DNA of 61,926 nucleotides, counting the filler, from Choristocarpus tenellus KU-1152 (Eukaryota; Protista; Phaeophyceae), in NCBI GenBank assembly GCA_964200185.2. It is 8 parts of 8 records of this genome, joined end to end, with 100 filler letters (N's around TTAATTAATTAA, not from the genome) between each part and the next. Parts side by side here need not be neighbours in the genome. Positions count along the whole stretch, not along the records: positions 1 to 23,448 come from CAXNAD020000246.1; 7 more parts are not named here. One strand, given 5' to 3'. Shown here in pieces: positions 1 through 12,500 of this stretch; positions within the stretch are counted from its first letter, which is position 1; every line of letters starts with the position of its first letter. Under the pieces are notes generated by a model that was not told the DNA's origin, did no database searches, and saw only the letters and a program-made list of their open reading frames with translations. The position numbers were made by a program, and so were the translations under genes.

Positions 1-242
1 GGTAGAGCCGCGTCCATTTGGGGGGTCAAAATACATTGTTGCGATTTTGATGTAATTTTGGCCAACGTGTTTGTTAGGTAGTGTCAATATCTATGTTTTG
101 GACACACCTTTCATAACGTATACGTTTTGCCTACTACGAAACATTTTGGAGTCGGAAAATGTCATAAAAATACCCATGGGAAGCCAAGCCCCACAAATGG
201 ACAAACAGGGAAAAATTCGTACCCTCGAAGATAGTTTCACTC
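1..242 (+). mobile_element. MITE family A copy (5' end cut by window edge)
   Basis: Near-identical to 3806-4063; ends in TACCCTCGAAGATAGTTTCACTC (terminal inverted repeat). Confidence 0.85.
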
Positions 243-594
243 GGTCGTGCGAGCATCAACTTGAGATATCACCAATTTTTCACACTCTTCACAGAGTATA
301 ATAATATAGTTTGTTAACTACATTGTTGGTAAAAAAAATGAAGTCCATACCTAGAGATTCACATTTTGTCCCAAGAGGCAATATGATTGGGGTTCAACAA
401 TTTTGCGAGCTTACGTAATGCAATATGATTGGTTGGATTTTGCCTGTTTCGTGTTGCAACATTAATTCTCTTCTGTGGGTCCACCTGTACATTGCTCCTG
501 CAACTACAGCTCTCTATATGATCACATTTAACACAAAAGGACCTTGCAATAACTTGAGCAGACCTATCATTAAAAAAACGTTTTGTTGTATCAC

Positions 595-3500
595 CTGAGA
601 GGACACCACCTTGCTGCTCTGGGCATACTTAACCCACTCCACTTTGAACACCGAGCTGCAGGCTGCCATCGTATGCATTAACAACTGAATGAAAGAGGGA
701 CAACAGGGAAGAAAATTGTCTTAAGCATTGGTTACTCATCGTTGCAACACCACTAGACACAACAATACATTAGTGTCCTTGACTCATGAAGAAATGTGAA
801 AAATCAAGATACCACTGTACAACAGGATCACTAAGTTGACTTACTGCCCAGATGGTACATTGATAGCTCTATTATTGACAAAATCAGACGCCACAGTTCT
901 AAGCGCTGAATCTGTGACCCTTCAGCCCAGTATATGTATACTCTCCAGGAGAGATGATATCAATCTTCACGTTTCCCATTGATGACATTACCTGTACCTC
1001 CCATTTCACTCTCTTTATTCTCCTGTAGTAGGAAGTTGGGAAAGCAATCCTAAGGGATTTGAACCCACAACATCGGGTTTTGTCAAATATTGGAACACAA
1101 TTGTGCTACCAAGGCAGTAATTCACTCGAATGACTGTCCTGGTGGTACAGTGGTACCTCAAGATTTGACCAAAGGGGGGGTGAGATGAAATGGAAATTCT
1201 ACGTATCTATCGGTCTTAATCAGCACTGAACAGAACTCTGGTTGGTGGTGTAGTGGTGAATATTCAAACTCTAAATGACTGTGTTAGTCAAGGCAAAATA
1301 AGTTACAAGACAAATGCTACCTTCAATCAGTGAGGGGGGTGTGGTGAAGGAAGAATGAGCAGTGTTTATCTATATAAAGTCCTTTTTGCTTGTTCACTCC
1401 AAGGCAAAGGAAAAAATAGCCAGGGATGAGGTTTGTCTTGCGTCAACCCTAACCTTAGATTTCCTGATAATGTAGGAAGTATCCTTTGAAGAAATAGAGC
1501 ATCTCTTCTTATTGTAGCAAAGAATAGTGTATGGTGTGCCATATTTGTACAGAATAGTTTGCATGAGTCACGTAGTTCTGGCACAGTATTTGAACCATGG
1601 TGGTAGAATAGTCGGCAACACAGTATGACTATGCAACAAACCATTGACGGTACATATGGAATTACACATACTGTTAGTGAAAAAATCATAACCCCAAATC
1701 ATTCTAGGTTAGGAGAAATCAATGTTTATCCGGAATAGTCGATGACCTATCTTAAAAAATTGAAAAAAGGTCCCTACTTCAAGGGTTGTTCTACGGGTTG
1801 ACTTGTTACAGTCAACTTTGACGTCAGTATAAGGTTGTGGTTCACTTCATTGGGTGGCTGAGTCAACTGCTATATCAGAAGTATATATGGAGATGGCAGA
1901 AACAGTAAACGCCTCCAGAGCAAACATTGGTGGCCATGACCAAACATGAAGAAGCTCGTGTTGTGAATAATCTTGAGTATATACTAATTTGGTCCAATTT
2001 TGAATCAGAGCAAACACGTAGTCCTGCAAGGAAACTTAAAGCAAATTGTGCAGCACACACCGAGCCAAGAAAAAAGTTGACAATCAAAAGTTTTCAAATG
2101 TATCTCGAATTTTCTTGGATAGGAACAAATTGACTTTATTGATATGTCAGAATTCACAATGCTACAAATAGTGCCCTCTAGCTACACCAGCATACTGGCA
2201 ACACATTGGCACCATTACACACCTCTATAAAACACTGTGCAGAGTGAGCCCTCTGTGCATTTCCTACTGCTAATTTGTGAATGTTGAAAGAACAACTATT
2301 GTAGTATTAGCCGACCAGTCTGTGGTACATAGGAACTAACAATGTTGGTTAGTACCATCTCTGGGTTGTGCAGCCAGCAGTCCATGAGCAATATTCAGGA
2401 AGAAATCAAGTCAACTTAAATTTCAAATGATCCTTCGTCGTGACACACTATGAAACATACAATATAACACTCAGAAACAAAAACCACTGGTACACAACCT
2501 ATTGGAATGTGCATTTAGTCAGGTACTTTATCATAGGGGTAACAGAAGTCTATGGTGGCTAAGACTGCTGCCCAGTACTTACCAAATTAGATGTTCAAAA
2601 TGGTGATGAAGCCATGTTATAAACAATTTGAAGCAGTGGCGTAATGGATATACCCTTTATTTCTATGTGATTTTCCGAATGTGGTTAATTTTTTTTGATT
2701 GGTTGAAACATTCTCATACAAGATAAAATATTTATAGCAAGTACTCAGATCATTAGCTATGGAAAATGTTCAAGTTGATGGTAATGATGATGCGGTGACA
2801 GTGTCAAATCCTACCACTAAAGAGGAAATACTGTATTACCTACTCCGGAGTAGTGACTAAGACACTGTCTTGTATCTAATCTGAATGTTACATATATGCA
2901 AAAACAAAAAAATAGAGTAGGCACATAAATATCACTGCTTTGCCTGGACTGAGTGACAACACACACATACCACACACTCAGCTCAAGCAACGCAGCAGAA
3001 CACATCTTGTAGTTAGGGTACCATTACTTTGACCATGAAAAGAAAAAAATGAACTTACAGCAGCTAATGCAAATAAACCATGAGACGATGGAATCAATGG
3101 ACTATTGCCATGACTGAAACCGCATTACCCTATCAAGACATACATACCGCAATTGGGTGCCTTCCACAAATGGTGTTCTGGTGCTCATGAAGGTATCTGT
3201 AGAACCCCTTGATATCCTGTGACTTAACAAAAGCCATTCCCTGACAACCATTCACAAGTTGGGGAGAGTGAGATTGTCAAGGACATACGAGTACACCACA
3301 TGGAAAAAATATATATTGTAACAGAAAAAAAAGAGGGACAAGAGTTTCTGAGGTTAAAAATAACAAATGCATTTTGCACTCAGTGCTTCAGAGCAGGAGG
3401 GAAGTTTCAACTCATGGTAGTCGCACTGGGTTGACTTCAGATGTCCGCATTTAGCAACTTGAAATTGTTCCACGAAAATGTTGTTCACAACATGTGCCCT

Positions 3501-6500
3501 GTCCAGTAGTGGACATCAAATCATAAGAGGAAAACAAAAGTAGTCCTGGGTACACTGCATCAGGAATGGTAGGATGACAATTGTGTACCAATGGCAAGTT
3601 GCTACTCTTCTCCAGCAGTAGAAACACTTCTGACCACATACGGGCAGGCACAGAAGGTCAAGATCAAGCGAAATGTCTATGCTCTAGAAAACATGTTCAT
3701 TGAGCAGATCCCTCAGGGGGTAGTCTACTGACCTGACCTCAAGACAATATCCTTGTTCAAGAACATCATGGTAACATACTGGAACACGTACAACTACTTT
3801 AATATGAGCCAAAGTATCTTAGAGGGTAGAGCCGCATCCATTTGGGGGTCAAAATCCAGTGTTGCGATCTCGATGTAATTTTGGCTATCGTGTTTGTTAG
3901 GAAGTGTCAATATCCTTGCTCCAGACACACCTTTTCAGAATGTATAAATTTTACCTACTCCGAAACATTTTGAAGTAGGAAAATGTCATAAAAACCCCGA
4001 GGGAAGCCAAGCCCCAAATGGACAAACAGGGCAAAACTTGTACCCTCTAAGATACTTTGGATCTATGGCACAGGCACTAACACTCTATTGGGGAAGGATT
4101 TATAAACAGGGAGTACAGAGATGAATGGAGCAGTGAAGTCTGCATGGGCGCTGACTGGGTGACTCAACTCTAGAGTAGCTGATAATTACTCTACGAGGTA
4201 GGAGCCTGTCACAACCATCATCCGTCCTTCACAAAAGTATGAATAAGTGCCAGTCACGGTCACTGTTTCTTTTGTATTGAACAGAAGAGTCAAAAGTTTG
4301 AAAAGTGAAGGCTCTCTCCCCTGCACACTTGACAATCTATCCAAGACAGTTAAGGTGAAGATAAAGGAGGGCGATGATGAGGGCATTGTGCTGGTTTCTG
4401 CTCCAGTAGATGTTCAGTGATGCTCTTGGGTTTCACTTGTGTCACCAAAGCTTGTCTTCCCCCCCAAAATCAAAGTTTGACACAAACAACTTATGCCTCC
4501 AGGTTTCAGCATTGGTCAATGGCACATTTTCTGGGATACTGTAAATCCTTTTCATAGGTTGACAACAGGTTTTGTACCCAACCGATTTAAAATTCTTGAT
4601 CTATGACCTCCAAAACACTCATTCTTAACCTCTGTCAACTACATTCTTCTTTCAATGGGGCAAAAAACTACTTCACCTTGATTATGAAGCGTGATCTGGG
4701 GTATATAGGGGTCGATTTCAGTTGTCAACATTTCTGCCTTGAACAGTAGCACTAAAGAACAAGTGTGCCTAAATGTTGGCTCAAAGTATCTGGGGGGGGA
4801 GGTGGCGACTGTCCATTCAGGGCCCATCATTCCATTTCGCAATTTTTGGGTGATTTGGTTCCATGCATCGGATGGATAATTTAAGCGCACTTGTCCTGGT
4901 TAGGGCCCGAATGGACACCCTGGTGTAGACACCCCCCCCCTCCCAGATCCTTTGAGCCTGCTCGTCTCAAGAAAAACACTGCAGCCATACCCTTTAGATT
5001 GTGTTTGAATAATACATGTTCAAAATTTTACACCTCAATGAAACACAGAACAGAACCCAAGGTTTTTGCCCTGTACACAACAAACCAACGTCCTGGCAAC
5101 AGAAGATACAGAGTAAATGGCCCCAAGTGTTAATGCTGGACAACAGATGTTACACAATCAATGACCCCAAATGTTGCAGAAAAGGGAAATTATATGGAAA
5201 ACATGAACCAATACAAGAAATAAATTCAGATTGTAGATTCAGTCTCAATTTTTCAGTAAGAGCATCACCATTACCAACACCAGTATAATCAGCTGGTTCC
5301 AAAGCTGTGTTGGTGTCTATTTAGGTTCATTCTCATGCTTTTCTACAGTACTACAGTAACTCTTTATGTAGTGTAGAGAGGGTGAATGAAGCAGTAAAAT
5401 TCCGAAAAATGGAATTTATTGTGGATATTTTGGGTTGAAAAGGAGGGCTTAATACTGTGGGACATTTTGAAGAGGATAAGATTTATTATTACTCTTGGCT
5501 CTGGCATGGAAATGAAAAATAGTGCAAGATGAATATTTTGAACAAGGAGCATATATTTCTAGAATATTAACCATTGGAGAATGGACAAAAAGTTGTCATA
5601 ATCTCAAAATAATCTAGAACTTTCACCTCCACGACAACATCCTAAGAGTGCACAATATCATTGGGCATAATTAATATGTTTTCTATGCTCACTGATATTT
5701 ATCAAATGGACATGTCATGAAGGGAACATTTGTTGCTTGGCTAAAAGTCTTTCTTTCACTTGAAGTTGAACGGAGTGCATTGTAACATGGTAATATTGAA
5801 GGATATATCACTTGCAGCATATTTCATCACGCACCATCATGCTGTAAGGTTATCGTAAGCAACAACAGTTGCTAAAATACATCTCAAAAGAATGGAACAT
5901 CACATGCTTATCCAATAGAGCAATTCATTGCAACGATTTTTTTTCAAGATATCAACAATTTTTCAAGAGTTGTTTCATCATCAATGTCCAAAAAATTTAC
6001 AAAAGTAGAGCTACGATAACCAGGATGGTTGGCAAATAAAGCTCTTGTAAAAAAATATACATCATTAAAAAGAAATAGATGATAATAGGACCAGTTATTC
6101 ATAATTCTACCAGTGTAATAATTTTGTGCAAAGATTTATTGAACAAAAAAAAGCGGCAAGAATTATGACTCTCTTCCTAAGCGAGGAACAAGCTCAAGAC
6201 AATAATCTGTAGACATTTGGAACTTCAACTTCACGTGCAATGCATCTCCTGACTGCAGACATAGTCCAACTATGTGGTACCCAAATCCATCCATATTCGA
6301 GTCAAACTCCAAGTGTAGATGTACTCCACTTATCCATTCAAGTTCCCGATTGACCAGACTAACAAATTATACTTCTGTTATGTCTTGAAGACTGACCTCA
6401 CCCAGGGCTTATACACACACTGGTTGTGCAACTTTCTCAGTATCAACATAGTAGAATATACTGTGAACTGTTTCTGCTCCAAGAGGTACTGAAAGAATAG

Positions 6501-9500
6501 AGATGGTTGACTGTGCTGGTCCTAGTTCCACTAGTGTAAAGTCTGGTGGAAATAAATCCGATGTGGCCAACAAGGCTATTGGTTGATGATGACAAGCACT
6601 CAACCATGTTCCTACCTAAGGCTCCTGAAGCCAATAAATGGACCACAGTCAGTGCCACACAATGTTCAGGAATGGGAGGTGACACACACGGCTTGAATTC
6701 CTCGCATGCACCATCACTGGTACATACACCTCTTCCAGTAGGGCCAGGAGCCTTCTCTATCCAATAATCTCAATGGCGAGGGACTGGCCTGCCCTTGATG
6801 ACCCTGGATGCATAAGTCTACATCCCAAAAACTTGACCCACACCCCAGTCCAAAGGAAGGGCTACTCCCCGTCGTGTCACCAGCCTGCCCCAGCCTGGAT
6901 CCACCACTACTACATGGTCTCGCCGCTGCCGTAGAAGAACTGCAACCATCCCTGATAAAAAAAGCCACATTTTGACCCTTTCCTCCACATTTACATCAAA
7001 AACCTGGGAATATCACTGCATGTAACCATGGTAGGACCTTAGTCAGCCCACACAGCCTACATATCACTGGCAGACTTGCGCCCATTCAAGGATTCACCCT
7101 AACCTTCTACAGCACCAAGCCAGGTCATTCTTGGCCCGCAATTCCATAGCACAGTCTTGAATGTGAAGTTTCTCTGTTGGATCAAGTTGAGGTCAAATAG
7201 GTCTTAAGGAGCACATGTTGATATCAGTTTTCTGCTCAATCCTTCCAAGCACACAGTCTTTGAATTCCACATGCCGTCAACCTGTGAGGACCATTCCAGA
7301 TACCAGCTTGGTCAGCCCAGGTTGCTGTCTCTAGGTAGTCGCACTCGAATTAAGATGGAAAACTGCATCTACATGGCTGTACGCCATGAAATTCTCCATT
7401 GCTTCTCCCATGAGATGTACCCAACGCACCCTGCCAAAGGCATTAGCAGCATTACCCGTGTAGCCCAGCTTGATGATTGGGCCTTGGTCTCCCCCATGTG
7501 TATAGTCCGATGAGTCTGTATACACTTTCGTGGCTCTTTTAATGTATCCAGCACTTGATCCCCCATTACTTCTGTCCAATGATATTCAACACACCCCACA
7601 CCAAGGCCAGCAAGGTCCTTTGTGTGTTCTCTCAAGATATTTATATATGGGTGGGGGTGGCCCTCAGGCTCCACAATAGCTCTTGCATAAAGATCCTCTC
7701 CTTGCATACTCACCATCACTCAAGTGCACACACACTTTCTCTATGAAGGAATCTAAAAACAGATGTTCATACATCTCTCCAATGTTCACTTCTTCACAGC
7801 ATGCTGGTCTTCCAATCACTGCCCATCAGATATCTTTCAGCATGTGCACCATCCAATTCTAGCAGGCTAGTTGCAAATGTACTCAAATCTGTAAGCCAAC
7901 GCTAGGGCCCTACACTCAATCCTATTGTCAGGTCTTAAGACTTCAAGTGAATTGCAGAAAGTGTAATTGCGTACAGGTTGGTTAACCAATATCCAACCTG
8001 ACACTGAAGCGATGTCTCACTTCATCATCTATGTTTGTGGGGCAGCAGAGCATATTGTAATAAAGAATGTCACAAGAGTGATAAACATCCAGCAGCCTGG
8101 TAGGGTTTCTGGTATGCTATACCGACAAGAGCCCTAATGCAAAGTATCCTTCTCATCTGGACAGTAATATACTAACTTGGTCTGAGGATCCAGGTCTGTT
8201 TTGTGGACCTGCAGCTACCTCTCGTGTAGTTGCATGTCTCACAATTCTAATATTTAGCTGTTTCAGTAGCACCACCAGGGCACAGAAAATCTTGAGGAAT
8301 GCATTGCAATTCTTGCTGCAGCATGATCATGTGTACAATGGACCTGACAAGGCTGGGTGTAGTATGGAGACCAGGTTTGCGCACTACTGACGCACCAACA
8401 AACACATCCAAAGACAAGCAGGGAGATGTTTCCAAATACCCTATTATGATTGGTGTGGCTTTCCCTTTTGACGTCTCATGCGTATCAACACTTGTCAGAA
8501 GGAATCTCATCCTAATCAGCTCTGAATCACAGAGTCACAAAACGACTCCCTCCCCCCTCTTGGTGACTTCTTCATGAATTTGCCAGCTCAATACAGAATT
8601 TAGCTGTCAAACAGCTTTCTTCAATGTTGCAGTTCTATGCTCAACAGTTCGGCTTGACCTTTGATGTTTGCTTGAGTCCAGAGACCAATCCCTTGTCCCA
8701 GTCAAATTTTGGGCTATTCTAATGCATTTTTACCACTGACATTCACTTCCATGTCCATCCGTGCATATCTACACTATCAGTGTTACCAGATCACGTATTT
8801 TGCTTCCCACTTGTTCAATGCCTTCTACCGTTGACTTGCTGAACAATGTAGTAGCAGCAGAAGTAGACTATCAGCCCTGAAATATCTTGGAAAAAAATGA
8901 GCAAAACACAAATTTTGGAATCTTGGAGAAATACATTACTACACTGCTCCTGAGCTCCAGCATGGTTCAGGGCGGACCCTGGAGTTGGTGACATCCCTTT
9001 GTCAACCACTTACGGATCCTCAACAGTGATGAGCACAGCCCAAATCAGCTGACAAAATTTCTACTTTCTACCTGAAATAACTTGTATATCTACCACAATA
9101 GCTGGCTTGACCTGGCAACTGGGCTCCTGAACACCGGAGTAAAATAGCTACATCGGAAATGGATCATAGTAGAATGCAGTACAGTATTGAAATGTGTGCA
9201 ATGCTTCAGTCATTTTCATAGTCCAGTCCAACTTCTATATACAAAAAAATAATCTAGCATGAGTGATGATCGAAGGGACTATCAGTGCTCTCATCCAAAC
9301 CCAGGATACACGGATCTGCCTGTTTTTACAAAGAGTATTTGATGTGGAATAACAAGTAAATAAGAGCAAAGCACTTCACATTCCTCAGGACACACCTGGT
9401 GATCCAGCCAATCGATGTACTTGTAAATAGCACCATGTCGCGGGTCATGTGGCTGGTAATGGAATCTTGAACCCCAGTGACAAAAGTCGGAACTGCATGA

Positions 9501-12500
9501 ACAGGGAGAGGTAAAAGTTCCAAGACACAAGCACAAAGAGACAAACTGTACATTTCATAAAAGCACCACGGATTGAGTAAGTAAGAGCGACATCAACTAT
9601 GTGAAAAAAAATTTGCCCTTCATCTGCTCTGCGGTCATCCTTACCTAATGCTGTATGATTTGTCTCTAACAATTGGTACCCTAGCATTGAGTGTATACAT
9701 TACAACATGGAGCTTGAGGTGCACAACACTTGACCTCACAGACAGCAACTGCAGAATAGATCTTGACTGACATGGCACAAGCTCATCCTTCCACTAAATC
9801 GTTTCTTGACAAACACAGCTATTACTGGAGCAATTTGCAGGCAGAATCAACAGGACTAAGAAATCAGCAGCTGGTAGAGCAGTATGAAAATACGCATTAC
9901 CATAAACAGGACAACTATTTTCACATATCCTGTCAAGACTATATATTTTTTGTATTTGAACCGTTCCACCGTCTAACTTGAAACCCGATCCAAAACCTCT
10001 GCTCTGTAGAGAGGCCTTATTACAATAGTTAAATAACCTCACCCATCACAAGAACCAACTCTTCCTGCTCAAACCCAGCAAAAGTAGATGAACATCAAGG
10101 AAGCCTTGTGAGTACATTTACTTCTTTCACCTGATAACAAAGAAGTTGCTTGGGTCGTCCAGGTAAGGTGCCAGCAGCCTGAGGCAATGACATTGAGGGG
10201 GTGACAGTTATAGACATATATAGAAGCACATACAGTCAAGAGTAATCTAGTGCAACGCATTTTGACATTTATTTCACCATGTATTTTCAGATATAGGCAG
10301 GGAGGGAGGGGGGGCTAAATTAAGCAAACTCAGAGTAGACAAAAAGAGATGAGTACATTCATTACAAGATCACTCCACTGCCTCTACCATTTCATGTTTT
10401 CTTGTACTCTCAGGCATAATGTCTCTATGCAGGTGTCGTTTCCCTTCCCAAGCAACCAATGTGATTGTTTCACAACATATCTAGACACTATTAAAAGCCT
10501 CGAATAGTAGCTCCATGGAACCCTCATAGATGTGTCAATGTCTAGCAGTATTTAGTTCTCTTCAGTGCATTGACAATGCAAGGGTTGCTTGCACCACTAG
10601 CAGAAACTTAGCACATAACACCATCTATTTTGACATAAGCAAACTAGTCAAACCTATGAGGCTTTGGCAATTGAGGGCTGTCCACTATAATCTTTGCTGA
10701 ACAACCATTTACTCAAGAGTTACTGGTATCATTTGGTTAAATTCTTCCTTTTTTCTTTAATAACACAAGCTATATTCTCACAGTCCTGAGCTGTCTGGGT
10801 AACTCATAAAGTGTCCGTACTGGGAGGCCCAGGAATCCCTTCACAAGCCTCCTCAGATCATGCCTCTTCAACAAGCATTCAATGACATCCCGTCAGGCAT
10901 CTTCCAAAAAAACGCTCATAATAGTTTGCTATGCACCGTCTTTCAGTGTGTGTTCTACACTCTACAATGGCATCATGGTAAAATGTGAAAGTCTCACAGT
11001 CAAAAACGGTCTAGGAATTCAGTTTGAAGTATCTCTAGGACATGCTGTTGCATGGAAAATCCATTGAAATCGTAAAGACATATTGCACAAAATATAACTA
11101 CAAAATGGTTAGGTACTCCCATTTGTCACCTAAAGGAATGCCTAGTGAGATTCAAAAAAGATTAAAAAAAAATAGCATAGCATGCTGGACAGAAGAACGG
11201 CATCAACATCCAAGCCCAGACCTCCCCAGCCCATGCCCCTTGAACATGCACTCAAACACATCCAGGAAGACCTCCTACCCATGGTAGGTTACACAGCAAA
11301 TTACTATTCTCTGCCTTCCAATGTTTGATCCAAATACCGCTGCAGTTCACCTCCAACAAAACAGTTGCACAGTCAAAACCAACCCTTCTATCACATACAA
11401 AACACTTCTGCATGGCACGTTCCCTCTTTCCACCTCCAAGGTGCAAAGACCCAACTGCTGACACACCATGGTAGTGGAGAAGGCAACTGAGGACCATGAT
11501 CTAATGAGAACTGGGATTAAGGTCCAGCCTATCATAGGATGTGCTGCAGGTTGTTGCATTAGACAAGCAACATTCTTGTCTCTGCCCTGACTCCCTTAGA
11601 CTTCCAATCAAACCTTAACATGAAGCATATCCAGACTCCCCAATATTCCAATTCAAACACCCTCCATGCTGATACTGACCCATCAAAGGTCAGCCCCCAG
11701 GAAAGATGGAGAACAGCATAGCGATTGCAATTCCATTTATCAGGGAAGGATTCCACCTCTAATCTTTCTTAACCCTCCTTTCCCACTCTCCCCCTCATTA
11801 CATCCACTAATGTTCAACCAAAATGCTGAGAGCACAACACAGAAGCATTTGCAAGATATTTAAAAGTGTAAGGGTAGTTACCCATCTACACACCTTCTGC
11901 AACCCTCCCTTTTGCCCAATGCACCGAATGTGTTGTCCACACTCTGTATTGGCATCATGGTTAACAGAACACCCAACATACACAGAAGAATGTAAGTATC
12001 TTAGAGGGTACGAGTTTTGCCCTGTTTGTTCATTTGGGGCTTGACTTCCAATGGGTTTTTTTATGGCATTTTCCTACTCCAAAATGTTTTGGAGAAGGTA
12101 AAATGTATATGTTGTGAAAAGGTTTGTCCGGAATAAGGATATCGGCACTTCCTGACAAACAAGATAGACAAAATTACATCAAAATCGCAACATTGGATTT
12201 TGACCCCAAATGGACGCGGTCCTACCCTCGAAGATAGTTTGACTTAGAATGTCAATGGCACATGATTGAAGCATACTTCCTTACTTGCAAGCATTTGTTG
12301 CCTCTGCCATGATCTCGATCTGGTCCTCAGGAAAAGCAGGATGAAGCAGTCATTGGGCTCCATGTTTTGCCCTTGTGAACAAGCTGTGACCACATTGACT
12401 TTGCGGGTCACTTGTCAGTGGTTCTTCAGTCTATGTAAATCATTCTGAGATGTTTGCATATCATAGATGAACTGTTCTTCATCTCCCCTTTGACGAGAAC

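Noticed and set aside
71-301. 76-aa ORF, and the related ORF at 31354-31563
   Set aside because: Chance frames within MITE family A, not conserved among copies.
1048-1118. A-box/B-box-like motifs on the minus strand (similar at about 45088-45165 on plus)
   Set aside because: No foldable cloverleaf; at most very old SINE debris.
1847-2023. Phase-0 open frame after a good acceptor in MEMO1 intron 9 (possible alternative last exon)
   Set aside because: No similarity to MEMO1 or any motif I recognise; the true next exon is 595-684. Needs RNA evidence.
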